42,361 nt of DNA from Macrostomum lignano (lineage: Eukaryota), in assembly GCA_002269645.1 (NCBI GenBank), contig NIVC01004548.1, positions 1-42,361 of the forward strand, in the 5' to 3' direction. The translations under genes and the position numbers were made by a program. The notes under the pieces are model-generated. The model was not told where the DNA came from and searched no databases. It saw only the letters and a program-made list of their open reading frames with translations. Positions 10,986-23,012 of the stretch are shown piece by piece. Position 1 is the first letter of the stretch, and every line of letters begins with the position of its first letter.

Positions 10986-11707
10986 TGTGGCCTGCTTTCT
11001 CCGAAACAAATCTCAAGTTCGCTGCAAGGGCCACCCGTCTTGAGCTGTTAAGTACTTCATCAGCTCTACTTAAAGATGGCCTTAGCTACTTCACCCGTGA
11101 CCGAACTCGAATAGTCTGTGGTCTTATTTGTCAAACATCTTCACTTCCTCGCCAAGACAGAAAATAATCGTCTTGATCCACGGGCTTCTAGAATTAAAAA
11201 CCTGGAATGGAAAGCCGATTCTGCTAACCATTGGCCTTTAAGTACCTTGAATACAGAATCGCAGAAAATGATTTTCTCACTTGAACTTCCAATATACTCA
11301 TAAAATGTAGTTATAGTATTCGTTTAATTAGCTGATGCAGATTATATGAGCGTAATGGGTTCAAATGTTTATCCGAAAAGTCCAGGTGTGGAGTGGTCAA
11401 TTTATTGAATAAAACTGAAAGATCATAACTCTCCTATCTCATTTGATGCACTTTCAACTTCTATTCTCGTAGATTTCGAGCTGTCTTTGGAGCTGTGCCC
11501 TTGATATTATTGAGTCCCTTTTACGGCGATATTCCGTGTACACCTGGCAGTCTCGGAAAGAGTAAAGCTCAGAAAAACCAAAAGGTATAAAATGCCCGGT
11601 CTTAAAATGATGCCTCAAGAAAGCAAAATCCAAATATCGTAATATCTTCCATTTAAATAATAACAGAAAATTATGATTAGAAGTGTATAGGCCGTGAGAT
11701 TCGGTCG

Positions 11708-12778
11708 TCACGGGTCTCTGGGCAGCCGCCGCATGCCTGGCGGCGGGTCAGGCGCCTCATCAATGATGATGATGTGCCCGGCCCCGCGCTTCGTCTCCCG
11801 CTCCTCCTCCTGCCAGTCCTCCGGCTTCACGCTGACGCTGAAGTTCTGCACCAGCTTGCCGTTCCGCTTCACCTTGATGTTCTTCATGCCATCGGTGTAG
11901 TCAATCGTGGTGATCACCGTCTTGTTGCCGAATACGTCAAGGACGTCGGTGAGCTTGGCCATGGAGGCAATGTGCCACTCCACCAGCTGCTCGCAGTAGG
12001 TCCACGGACTCTTGTTGGGCTTCGCGCCGCCAACCACCTCGTTGTAGACGCGGTACGGGTTGCGTAGCGACAGCAGCGTCTCGGGGAAGCACGTGACGGT
12101 GTTTCCCCCCACCTGCTGAATCATGAGGTTTTTGCCCAGGGCCGTCTCGTCCGGCAGTCCCTTGGGCTGCGCGTGCGCGTACTTGTGACCCAGGACCACC
12201 GGCTCCTCTGCCGCTTTCGACCCGCTCTCAGACAGTACGCTGCTCAGGCTGCTGCTACTTTCGCTTCTGGCCTTCTCAACTTGTACTGGGCCGGCGCATT
12301 CCTCGTTGAGTAACTGCATGGAGGAACCGGGCTTTTTCACAAAGGGCTTGGCCGCCTTCTTCAGCGCCTTTTTGTAGTGATACCTGCGCTTGTGGTCCGA
12401 GAGGATTTGATAGGCCTCGCTAATCCTGCGAAAGCGCTTCTCTGCCCGGGCTTCGTAGCCCGGATTGTTGGCCGGGTGCCACCTGGAGACCGGTTTGCGG
12501 GCACAGAAGCTTTGCTGAATCATGCTGATTGAGGTATGAGTGGGTATGTTTCTAACACCTGTCCTAGTCTCAAGAGGTACGAGTAAGAATACATGTCTAA
12601 TACCTGCCCAAGCCTCTGGACTTGCTTCAGGCCTCAATATTTCGATTTGGCGTTTAAGTCTGATTATTTAACGCTAGCAAATTACTCACTGCTCAGCGAG
12701 CTGTTTGTAAGCCTCGGTGATTTCGTTGGCCTTTGCGGCTCTCGACAGCCCCAAGATGTCGTAGTAGTCCAGCTTCAT
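11708..12778 (-). CDS. DNAJB6-like paralog with HPA instead of HPD, about 287 aa
   Basis: Exon 1 (12778-12690) reads MKLDYYDILGLSRAAKANEITEAYKQLAE with a GTGAGT donor. After a phase-2 intron, exon 2 (12482-11708) reads Q-WHPANNPGYEARAEKRFRRISEAYQILSDHKRRYHY...LRNPYRVYNEVV...DVFGNKTVITT...NG. Confidence 0.87.
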
Positions 12779-13367
12779 GCTGGCCAACGCGGCTTGCGAA
12801 GGCAAATTATTGCGGCAGCTCAGGCAGCCTCAAGTCACTGCCATGGGTTGGGCTGAGCACGCCACGATTAACCTTGTCACCGTCTCGGTCATAGACTATA
12901 AAAATGGTGATAATCTCCAAAACCGAAGAGGAAGTTTGCTGTCCAAATAATTATTTTTTACTACTCACTCGTCAGTTCTTTGCAGTTTAGAATTTAGTGC
13001 TATACTTGTAAAAACAAAAATTCCCTACTCGCCAATGCATTTTGCAGCGAAAACCTGCAGCGTCCAGCAAAAATTGTCACGATTTGCCAGTGCAGCGTTA
13101 GCTGTCCATGCCCCAGCTATAGCGAATATCGTATCTCTCTCAGGCTTTCGAGTCAATACTGCCCCTGGGCAATGCGCAGCACAGCTCTACCCCACAGTGT
13201 GCAGTCGATCGCCTTGCCGCCCTTTGCACTGCAGTATCATCTGTACGAGCGATCGCGCTACGTGTAAAAAAGATAAACGATCTGCCTATGAGACCACCTG
13301 CGCTAATTTAGTTTCAATTTTGTTTTCCAGGTAAAATAAACGCTGAGCCAACGTCAAGCAGACAGAG

Positions 13368-16300
13368 ATGCTTCGATTGCTGCTCCTGCTACTGAGCTTG
13401 GCGGCGGCCTGCCAGGCTGATGAAGACTTCCCGTTTCGCAATGTCAGCCTCCCGTGGCCGGACCGGGCCGACGATCTGGTTGGCCGCCTGACTGCTCAGG
13501 TGAGGGGGGAAGGCGGGCAATGCCGAGCCAGGAAAGCCTGCCCCAGTTTTCGCCTGTTTTTGCATCGTAAAAACATTGCGTTCTTGAATTCAACATCCAC
13601 AGTTTTTAGTTCAAGCATTCGGAGGGAGTTGAAGCGACTGAAAGGTCGGGGGTTCGATTCTCGACCCACTCTGAACAATTTGTGTCCTTGAGCAAGACAC
13701 TTAACTCTGCATTGCTTCAGTCAAACCAGTTGTGAAATGAGTACCAGCATTAACTAGGGTAATTGAGGGTGTGTGTGGCGACCCTCCAGTCCTTGGGACT
13801 GAACAGCCGTACGCAGCCTTCAGATGCGCAGCACAATAGCTGCGGCTGAGCTGTCGGTTGCACATCTGCGCATTGGGGCAGGTGTAGTCAATTATTATTA
13901 TTATATAAAAACATCCGGCCAATCTGTAATCACCCTAGAAATCTTCTGCACAATTACTCTTGAAAATAGGTTCATAGGATGTAAAAAAGAGTCACATAAA
14001 CACCCTTAAATCGTTCACAAAAATCCGCATAAACATCCCCGAAAATGGCTGGATGAAGACGTTGAAATCGTTCACATAAAGCGTCAGGTAGATGTCCGCA
14101 TAAAAAAACCTCTAAAATATATGGATGCAACCCAACCAAAATATCGGCCGGTAACTTGTGCTGATGCCCATTAACCACATTTTGGCATCAATGACCCAAA
14201 AGTTGCATAAACGCCCCACAATGTTCGCAAAAAATCTTGAAAACAAACCGGCAAGCCCCCACCGCCCGCAGGAGCTGGTGCAGCAGCTGGCCAAGGGCGG
14301 CGGCGGCCCGTTTGGTGGCCCGGCGCCCGCCATCGCCCGCCTTGGCATCGGGCCGTACCAGTGGAACACTGAGTGCCTGCGCGGCGCCGTCAAGTCCGGC
14401 CAGGCCACCTCCTTCCCCCAGGCGGTCGGCTTGGCCGCCACCTTCGATACGGACATTCTCAGCCAGGTTGGCCGCGCCACCGGCCTGGAGGTTCGCGCCA
14501 AGCACAACGACTTCGTCGCCAAGGGCGACTACGGCGATCACACAGGGCTCACGTGCTTCGCTCCGGTGATTAATATCCTGCGGCACCCACTTTGGGGCCG
14601 CAACCAGGAGACCTACGGGGAAGATCCTCACCTGAGCGGTGTGCTGGGGGCCGCCTACGTTGGAGGACTGCAGGTTGGCTCTGGCAACATTGTGATCCAT
14701 TGACCCGGGATTCCCTCATCCAATGACCCTGAATTCTCTGACCCAATGACCCTGAATTCTCTGACCCAATGACCCTGAATTCGGTGACCCAATTACCCTG
14801 AAATCTCTGATCCAATGACCGTGAATTCTGTGTCTCAATAACCCTGACAGTTAAAGGACTTGTGCAAGCTTTTAACCTTGGTGACTACTTTTTTGAAAAG
14901 CTCATCTCACAAGTGACCTTATAGTTCGAGTCCTCTGCTCACCTGCCCGCAGGGCAACGCCACTGACCGCTACCTGCTCACAGGCGCCGGCTGCAAGCAC
15001 TTCGCCGCCTACGACGGCCCCGACAGCTATCCGGAGTCGCGTTTTGGCTTCAACGCGCTGGTCAGCCAACAGGATCTGGAGCAGACTTTCCTGCCGCAGT
15101 TCCGGCGCTGCGTTCAGGCCGGCAGTGTCAGCGTGATGTGCAGCTACAACGCCATCAACGGGGTGCCTGCCTGCGCCAACGCTCAGCTGCTGCGCGAAGT
15201 CCTTCGGGAGCGCTGGAACTTCACCGGCTACGTTGTGAGCGACGCCGGAGCGCTGGAGTTCGCCATCCTCTTCCACAAATACTTTGCGGACCGCCTGGTG
15301 CGCTGGGGTGACTTTTACTGCTGCCTCGCTCATTGGAAGACCTTGAGTTCCTAATATTCATCGTGCAGAGAACTTCACCATCTCCCTTATCATCCGTTCT
15401 TATCTCCCCGTGGCTCCTCATCTCCCCTCTCTTCCTTCTCTGTCTCCCAAAGAAAACGTCATTGAAAACAACTCACTAGTGACTCTAGCGATTCTCTACA
15501 GCAACTCCAGCACGCCTCAGATACGACTCTGCGGCCCCAGAGTCACTTGCGTCTCTCCCTAGAGTTGCAGACAATAAAACACATCGAATTGACTTTTTGG
15601 CAACTTGTACCGTAACATATTGTCTTTTAGGACTCGTCTAGAGTCGCTTTCTTCGTATTTTACCTGTGTTACCTGCAACGACTCTAAAACTATTTTGACG
15701 CGACGCTTCTTGGCCTAGGTGCCGTTTTTATCGGGTCTCTCTCCTCTTCGTTTTTCTCCCAACCCTCCCAACCAATTTTTCCCGCCCGCAGAGCTCTGCC
15801 ATCGGGTCCCTGAGAGCAGGCGTCAACCTTGACCTGTCCGCCTGCCCCTACGAGTCCTGCGTGGTCTTTGAGCAGCTCTCAGTAGCACTGAACACCAGCC
15901 GGATATCCGAGGCGGAGCTGCGGGCCGCCGCCTGGCCGCTGTTCCTTGCCCGCCTGCGGCTGGGTGAGTTCGACCCGCCGGCCCTGAACCCCTACTCCAG
16001 CCTTCGGCCCGACCAGTTCATCCAGTCCGCCGCTCACCGGGCGCTCAGCTTGACGGCCGCCCAGACCTCGCTGGTGCTGCTGAAGAACCTCGGCGGCTTT
16101 CTGCCCGACGGCCTGATAAAGCGCCCGGCCTCCGCCTGGGCGTGGTCGGCCCGCTGTCCGACGACATGTCGCTGGTCTACGGCGACTACTCGCCGAATCG
16201 GATGCCGCAGTTTGAGCAGCCGCTGCTGCCGGCGCTCAAGGAGCGATTCGGTGCTGATAAAATCAGGTGTGATCGCTTGGGAGTGGAGACGGAAGGGTAG

Positions 16301-18407
16301 TAAAATGAGTTGGCAGATGTCTAATATAGCAGATGTTAGAGTTTGAAGCCGAGAGCAGGGAAGAGAGGAGAGAAGAAAGCGTAAGACAAGAGTGTGAAGA
16401 GCGGAGAAGTTGAACAAAGTGAAACAGAGTGAAGAGAGTGGAGCGAATGGAGGGAGCGGCGTAGAGAAGAGAGCGGATGAAAGAGAGGAGAGAGAGTTCA
16501 ATGGAGAGGCATTTCTGATCGCAGCCACCCAGCGCAGCCGCCCTGATCTCGCCCTTCAGTCACGCGACCTACTGCACAGACGGCGGAGTCTATTGCACTC
16601 GACAGGATCCGGCCGCGGTGTCTTCGCTGATCGCGCAGAGCGACGTTCTGTTAGCCGTTGTTGGCACCAGCGTTGACATCGAGACCGAGGCGCTGGACCG
16701 GCGGCAGCTCACCCTGCCGGACGGGCAGCTTGCCCTGCTGCGGTTGCTGACCGCCAGCGGCAGGCCGGTTGTGCTGGCCGTGGTGTCCGGAGCTCCCGTC
16801 GGCCTGGACGAGGCGATTGGCAATGACAGCGTACGAGCGGTGGTCTGGTGCGGCTATCCCGCGCAGACCTTCGGACCGGTGCGTGGGTGCAGGTTTGGAA
16901 TGTGGGGGTTTTGATTGTGTGGGGGTTGACGGTGTGCAGTGCATATGGTGGTATTTAATAATGTTATTAGTGCCGTGTCTATTTTCCATTTTAGCCTCTA
17001 AGAGCCAAAAGTTGAAAATGATTTCAAGAAGAAGTTTTTGAAAAAAACGTTAAGCCTTTAACCTGATATCTAAAATGAATACGTTTTTGTCGCTGCGGGT
17101 CGTTTGATTGTCTTCTACCATTTCTGATTACCTAACGCTCTCACTCCTACTTGCAGTAGGGGAGGTTGCTTCAAATACCAACTGATTCACTCTTGAACTG
17201 GCAGGCGCTCATCAACTTGCTGACCGGGCGCTACTCGCCATCGGCCGCCCTGCCGTTCACCTGGCCGTCGGAGCGCGCCCAGCTGCCCAGCATCACCGAC
17301 TACGATCTGGCTGCGCGCAACCAGACCTACCGCTTCTCCGAGCCCTGGTCGGGCTCGCCTCCGCCTCTGTTCCGCTTTGGCCAGGTGAGCTCCGTCTGGG
17401 ATCCCTGTTGTTTGGGATCTGTTGCGAGCAGAAAGCCGAAGCTTTGTTCGAAACTTTGGGCCGCAACTTTAATCTCCGGAAGCGGATCCAAAGTCAAGTC
17501 CCAAGATCAAACCAACTACAATGATAACTTCTTGTAGAATTCGACAGGAAACACCGATAATATGGGTGATTTTTGTCTTGAGAAGTCTTAAGAAAACAGT
17601 CTGAGAAGATGCCAGTCTTAGCATAACACACTCAATTACCAAGTTCTTCAACCAAACAGTGCTGCCAATGCTAAGAGCGCTTTTGTATCTCAGTAAATCA
17701 GAGCTTGATTAAAACCAGAGCTCCAGAGTTCCTGCGCGCGATCCCTGGGTACTGCGCGATCCTCGCTCGTGGGGACCAACAAGACGCAGTGTGCGCTCTG
17801 CACTGCCTGATCCTAGTCACTGGAACGGGCTGTCTCCTACGAGTACTCGTAGAAAAGCGATGAAATCGTAGTTCGCCGGTAATAATCGATTAGAAACTCA
17901 AATTGGGATGAAACTCAGTAGGAATTCAACGAATATGTCCCTTGCGTTTGGTGGGTCCTAGCGGGACTGCATCATCTGTGCTCAACTTGGCTCAAACCGA
18001 TGCCCCACAGGGCCTGTCCTACTGCCGCTTCTCGCTGACCCACCTGACGGCTCCGCGAGCATCTCGGCTGGCCAAGACCTCCACCTCAGCCTGCGGGTAG
18101 CCGCCAACGCTTCGACTAGCGGCATCTCCGAGTGCCCGATTGTGCTCAAAGCGTACCTGACCCCGCCGACTGGCGTGGGAAGAAATCCAACCATCTGGTT
18201 GGCCAGCTTTCGCAAATTCCGGCTGCAAAGCGGCTCCTCGGCATCGACAGTGAGCCTCAGCGTCCTGGCCAGGGACATGCAGCTGTGGGACGGCAGCGCC
18301 GGCCTCATGCGCAGCTGCCCGGCAACTATGGGCTGCTGGTTGGCGACTATTTCGACGAGAGTTGCGCCGACTGCAGGGTGCGGACAAGCTTTAAAGTTGT
18401 GTCGTGA
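13368..18407 (+). CDS. Secreted glycoside hydrolase family 3 beta-D-xylosidase/beta-glucosidase with Fn3-like C-terminus (7 exons)
   Basis: Exons are 13368-13499, 14272-14673, 14953-15297, 15792-16266, 16560-16878, 17205-17384 and 18011-18407, all GT-AG with matching phases. It has a signal peptide (MLRLLLLLLSLAAACQA) and GH3 motifs RLGI..YQWNTECL, WGRNQETYGEDP, CKHFAAY, MCSYNAING, GYVVSD (nucleophile Asp), LVLLKN, ETEALDR and FGQGLSY. Single-base frameshifts occur near 16125, 18058 and 18320. Confidence 0.93.
13610..13921 (+). mobile_element. tRNA-derived SINE-like element, copy 1 (GH3 intron 1)
   Basis: A B-box-like ggttcgattc is followed by tgtgtccttgagcaagacacttaac and an (ATT)n stretch. 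The body is clearly homologous to 39100-39178 plus 39678-39872. The 5' boundary is approximate. Confidence 0.75.
14700..14845. repeat. 23-bp tandem repeat, about 6 copies, in GH3 intron 2
   Basis: Unit is tgaccctgaattctctgacccaa. Confidence 0.85.
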
Positions 18408-18446
18408 TCACTTTTTTCGAGTACGTGCGAATTTTTGGTTTAAGTC

Positions 18447-18525
18447 CACATGAACTTTAGTACGAGTGCTTGCAAACTTTGGTACGAGTGCTTACAAACT
18501 TTGGTACGAGTGCTTGCGAACTTTA
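18447..18525. repeat. 22-bp tandem repeat, about 3-4 copies, downstream of the GH3 stop
   Basis: Unit is approximately aactttggtacgagtgcttgca. Confidence 0.75.
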
Positions 18526-21249
18526 TCTATGACGAGCGTTGCGAGTGTTGCATCAATGGTTTTACATGTATAAAATGAACTGTTTCAAAATAGTAACTAA
18601 GCTTATATTCCAGACAAATCTCCACTGAAATGACACTCTTCTACATGAGATTTTTAGCCAAATTATCCCAGCGTCTGTTTCAATAGCGTCATTGATTTTT
18701 CTGACTTCAATTATGTTTTTGTATCTTACAATCTTGCCATTATGATACTACTAATATTAACATTTGCAGTCTCGTATGTCGTGATTCTTCTAACGGATTC
18801 GTTCTAAAAGTTATTTGGCCCAAGTTGGTAACCTATTTTTATTTTTATCTTAATTATAAATTTCTTCAACTGCTGTACGAAACTATTCCAGAAATTTACA
18901 TTAGAAAAAGGAATTTCTTAGAAATAATCCATGTTTGTCCAGTTATTTTTTTATTGAATTAAAGTCTGTCCATTAATTTCAAATGACGTTATTCATCACC
19001 GATAAATACTTGAAGGGTATTACGATCACATTACGAGACCATTTTTAGTATATGGACGTACTTGGACTAGCCATGCAAAGTATATGAAACAGGTGCAATG
19101 AGATTTCAACTTCAAACTTCTGCAACTTCAAATGCAATGAGGATTTGTTTATTTGAAGTTCACAAATTTACATTAGTCCGGGTGGTGGCAGCAAAGCATA
19201 GAAGAATCAGAATGTGCATGTAAACTAATGCCAGCAGCTCTGATTGCATGCTTGTGTTTACGCACGCCATCGCAGTACTGGTTATAAATTTGACAGTTCA
19301 TCGGATGACATCAGCTCTGTGCAATACATGTATTTTAGTGCGCAATGAATTTCTGACTTCTCAGTGAAACCGATGAGTCATTGACGATAGTGGGTAGTTA
19401 TATTTATGTTTGATGTCCTCCTACCAAAAGGAGCATTTTGTCGGTCCGCTCTCATAAGGTCGAAAACTTCACATCGTAGCTAAAGCTTAATATAGCAAAC
19501 AAGACCGGACCGTGCAGAATTTTTGGAGTTGTGAAATTTTGGTCTTGTGAACACCCCCCCCCGAATCTAATATGACCAAAAATAAATTAAAATGATTAAC
19601 TTTAAAACGATCGACTGTCTAGGAGTCCTGGTCCCCCAGCTGTGGCGCCCCCTTTCCAGCTGATCCCGGCCCACACGATGGAGCCCCCTGGTACTTACTG
19701 TCCCTTTCGATGGCAAAATGCCTTGGTAAAGTTGGTTTGGGTAAAAGGCTCATGTGACTCCGATCATGGCTGCATGCTGTGCATTTCCGCGACATTTTCT
19801 AAATTTATTATTCTTGCTTAGCTGCTTCTGGAGAACAAGCAGCCGGATTGGGGGGCTTGAATTATACACGATTCACAGAACAGCTTTGCAGCGCTTTTTT
19901 ACTGCTGAACAACACGCACACATACTGTTACTGATGCATTTTTGCAATTGACTGACTTATTTATTTCTGGAAGCAACTAGCATGACCTGAAAGTGGAGCT
20001 TTTGCGCTGTTCAATTGTTTTATTCGCTCAAGCTTCACATTTTTAAAAATCACAATTCATTCGGGATTGTTCTGAATTCATGAACTTCATGTCAAGTCTT
20101 GCCATTTTAATTTTTAACTGAGAGTAGGCTAGGCTGTGTAGTGAGAGCTTTTAAGTTAACAGGTTAAAAAATTGCTTGTATCGCTAGTCCGAAATTCAGT
20201 TCAAATTCAAACTGGCGCGTTTTTTCTGTCTTGTTGTGTTGTTGACTGCAATCTAACCGACCGGCCGCTTTTCTTATCGATAAGGCCTAAATAAGATTAA
20301 GAGCAGCGCCTTCCAGTGTGCCGAGTGCTGGCTGGGTGCGCAAATTTTGGCCCTACTTACTGCTTACTGGTTGGGACCCCCGGACTGGGCCTTGTCAAAT
20401 TCGCTCTTAGCAAGGGAAGACAAGGCCTGTGCAGAAAACTGCGTGTTATCTGACGGGCCACCCCTTCACCCACAAACCAAAAGCCCGCCGCGTCCATCGC
20501 CCCCACAAATGAACGCCCCGACCCCCTTCCTTTTCGCTCACAAAATCAACGGTCGCCACCGATTGGACAGAGGCCCGCCCCCCTCCCGCGCCTAATTGCC
20601 AATCTGGTCAATGTATTATGGGCCCTTTTCAAGTCAGATCCAGTTTGTACGCAATGCACACGCAACCCCCCAATGTCCTCCTTTCCTTTCTCTCCCCCTA
20701 TCTTTAATGTGGGGGCCGGCGATATGCCGATTTAAATTCTTAAAGGCCTACCTAAACCCGCACGAATTCATTAAAACTAAAGCGAAACCGTGTGTTTGGA
20801 ACACTGACTGACGTCCCGACTCCCGACTCCCCTGGGCTTGGTTTGTCACGAAGCAAGCGTGTGGCGTGTTCCGCGTGCTGCTGCCGGCTCATATCTACCC
20901 AAGTTTTCAGCTACTGCTGTGTTTCTGTTCAGCACGTCATTTGGCATTGAAAAAAGAAAAACTCCTTCAACTTTGATAGAATTCATCAGCATTTTGTACC
21001 CGCAGTCTGCAAGTTAAAGAAGGTAAGCGTTTGCCATTTGCCATGCTTGGGACCTTTGAATTTCTTAGTAGTTAGTTATATCTGCCGCCTTTCGCCTTTG
21101 TGCAAGATTGGCCGTGTGAGAATGACTATTCACTGGCTCTCCTTGGCTTTAGCTTCCCCAAACTTCGCTGTAGCCGCTGATTCCCCTGTCCTTCACTCTG
21201 GACCGCTCACCTCTGCTGCTGCTTTCGCTTCCCCGGCCCTTCACTGATG

Positions 21250-22050
21250 GCCTCTGCCTCCTCGGTGCTTCACCCTCTGCTTTAGCTTTCCCGGTGCTTC
21301 ACTGAACTCTGCTTTAGCTTCGCGGTGCTTCACTGACCACTGCTTTAGCTTTCCCGGTGCTTCACTGACCTCTGCTTTAGCTTTCCCGGTGCTTCACTGG
21401 TCTCTGCTTCCCTGGTGCTTCACTTGCCTCTGCTTTCCCAGTGCTTCAAGTTCGTCTCGGCTTCCCGGTGCTTCAAGTTGGTCTCTGCTTCCCCGGTGCT
21501 TCAAGTTGGTCTCTGCTTCCCCGGTGCTTCAAGTTGGTCTCTGCTTCCCCGGTGCTTCAAGTTGGTCTCTGCTTCCCTGGTGCTTCACTGGTCTCTGCTT
21601 CCCCGGTGCTTTAAGTTGGTCTCTGCTTCCCCGATGCTTCAAGTTGGTCTCTGCTTCCCTGGTGCTTCACTGGTCTCTGCTTCCCCGGTGCTTTAAGTTG
21701 GTCTCTGCTTCCCCGGTGCTTCAAGTTGGTCTCTGCTTCCCCGGTGCTTCAAGTTGGTCTCTGCTTCCCTGGTGCTTCACTGGTCTCTGCTTCCCCGGTG
21801 CTTTAAGTTGGTCTCTGCTTCCCCGGTGCTTCAAGTTGGTCTCTGCTTCCCCGGTGCTTCAAGTTGGTCTCTGCTTCCCCGGTGCTTTAGGTTGGTCTCG
21901 GCTTCCCGGTGCTTCAAGTTGGTCTCTGCTTCCCCGGTGCTTCAAGTTGGTCTCTGCTTCCCCGGTGCTTCACTGGTCTCTGATTCCCCGGTGCTTCACT
22001 GGCCTCTGATTCCCGGTGCTTCACTGACCTCTGCTTCCCCGGTGCTTTAT
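21250..22050. repeat. 26/28-bp minisatellite in the probable 5'-UTR intron of prominin
   Basis: Units are ggtctctgcttccccggtgctt(c/t)aagtt (28 bp) and ggtctctgcttccctggtgcttcact (26 bp). The array lies between a GTAAGC donor at 21023 and an acceptor at 22968-22969. It explains ORFs 21389-22056. Confidence 0.9.
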
Positions 22051-23012
22051 TACTGAGTCAATGTAGTGGTTATTACTGAAGCAACTTAGTTAAAATTTTT
22101 AAATAATATCTTCATATCGATAAAACTATTCAAGTTTTTTAGTTTTGTGGAATTTGAGGCAAAGAAGTATTCAAAATTTAAAGCTACTTATTTAAGTAGT
22201 ATAAAGTCAAAGAAAGCAGGATCTCTCGTAACTGCACAGCACTTTTGAATGTTTTTTATCTTTGTTACATTGAAGTAGCTCGTATCAGTAGTTTGATGAC
22301 TAATAAATGATAAGGTCTGCTATAGACAGACGGACTTTGAAACCTGCAGTGACCAAAATTCAATTTGCCCACCACGGGCCAGTTTAAAACTATCTGCATA
22401 CGATAGCATTGATATTATAATTCAAATTAAATGCGTGCGAATTGTCTGGCGGCCTGGACCCGGTCAGAGCAGCGAAAAACATGCAGTGTTTTTATAAAGC
22501 TTAAAACTGCTCGGATCGCGCATAAGTAAGGACAGAGGCCAAAGTTCATGCGTGCAAAACAATTTAATTCAGCTTTGAAACTCGAAACTCTGCATTGCTC
22601 TGCTCTCTCCGCTCGTGTGAATTTCATTTCGTTCTGAACACCCTTAGTTGTTTTTTTCAACTAAAACGGCATCGTAGTTTGAAATAAACACCCGATTCGA
22701 TTATGCTATACACTCGTGCTTTATTGGGGTTTTCGCTTTCTACAGTCTCGAAATTTTGCCGCTAAGCAACTAGAGAAATTTGCATTCCATGCAAGTTGTT
22801 ATTCAAGTTAGGGCGCAGTTCGGCTGTGAGTTCCTTCTCTCCATGGCATTCGATTCAGTTTGTCTATGACGAAAATGCGCCCGAAGCTTTGCCTCTCGCT
22901 CTATCTTGCTAGACTTTTATAAACTTTTCAAGTGATATTTATTTGGTTAAACTTGACTTTTACCTGCAGATCTAATCGAATTTCGAAGCTTGGACAGTTC
23001 TTCAGTGAAGTA

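Noticed and set aside
9447-11051. 534-aa plus-strand ORF (GHSGQLNALFT repeats) and antisense MSGEECVELTR ORFs
   Set aside because: These are by-products of a stop-free 33-bp array lying inside the intron of the HPE J gene, and the ORF overlaps that gene's exon 1 in antisense.
13640-13670. ggttcgattc T-loop motif as a tRNA gene (also ~39080-39135)
   Set aside because: No complete cloverleaf forms, and the motif is the head of a repeated SINE-like element.
19490-19720. GC-rich patch (ggcgcccc, cagctg) resembling a MITE, with a similar patch at 26750-26940
   Set aside because: I could not define terminal inverted repeats or a target-site duplication by eye.
21389-22056. Cys/Trp-rich ORFs (CFPGASSWSLLPR)
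   Set aside because: They are translations of the 26/28-bp array, with frames shifting by unit length.
22932-23012. Track start of the 893-aa ORF
   Set aside because: It lies upstream of a strong acceptor (ttttacctgcag, 22969), so the ATG at 23013 is the more plausible start.
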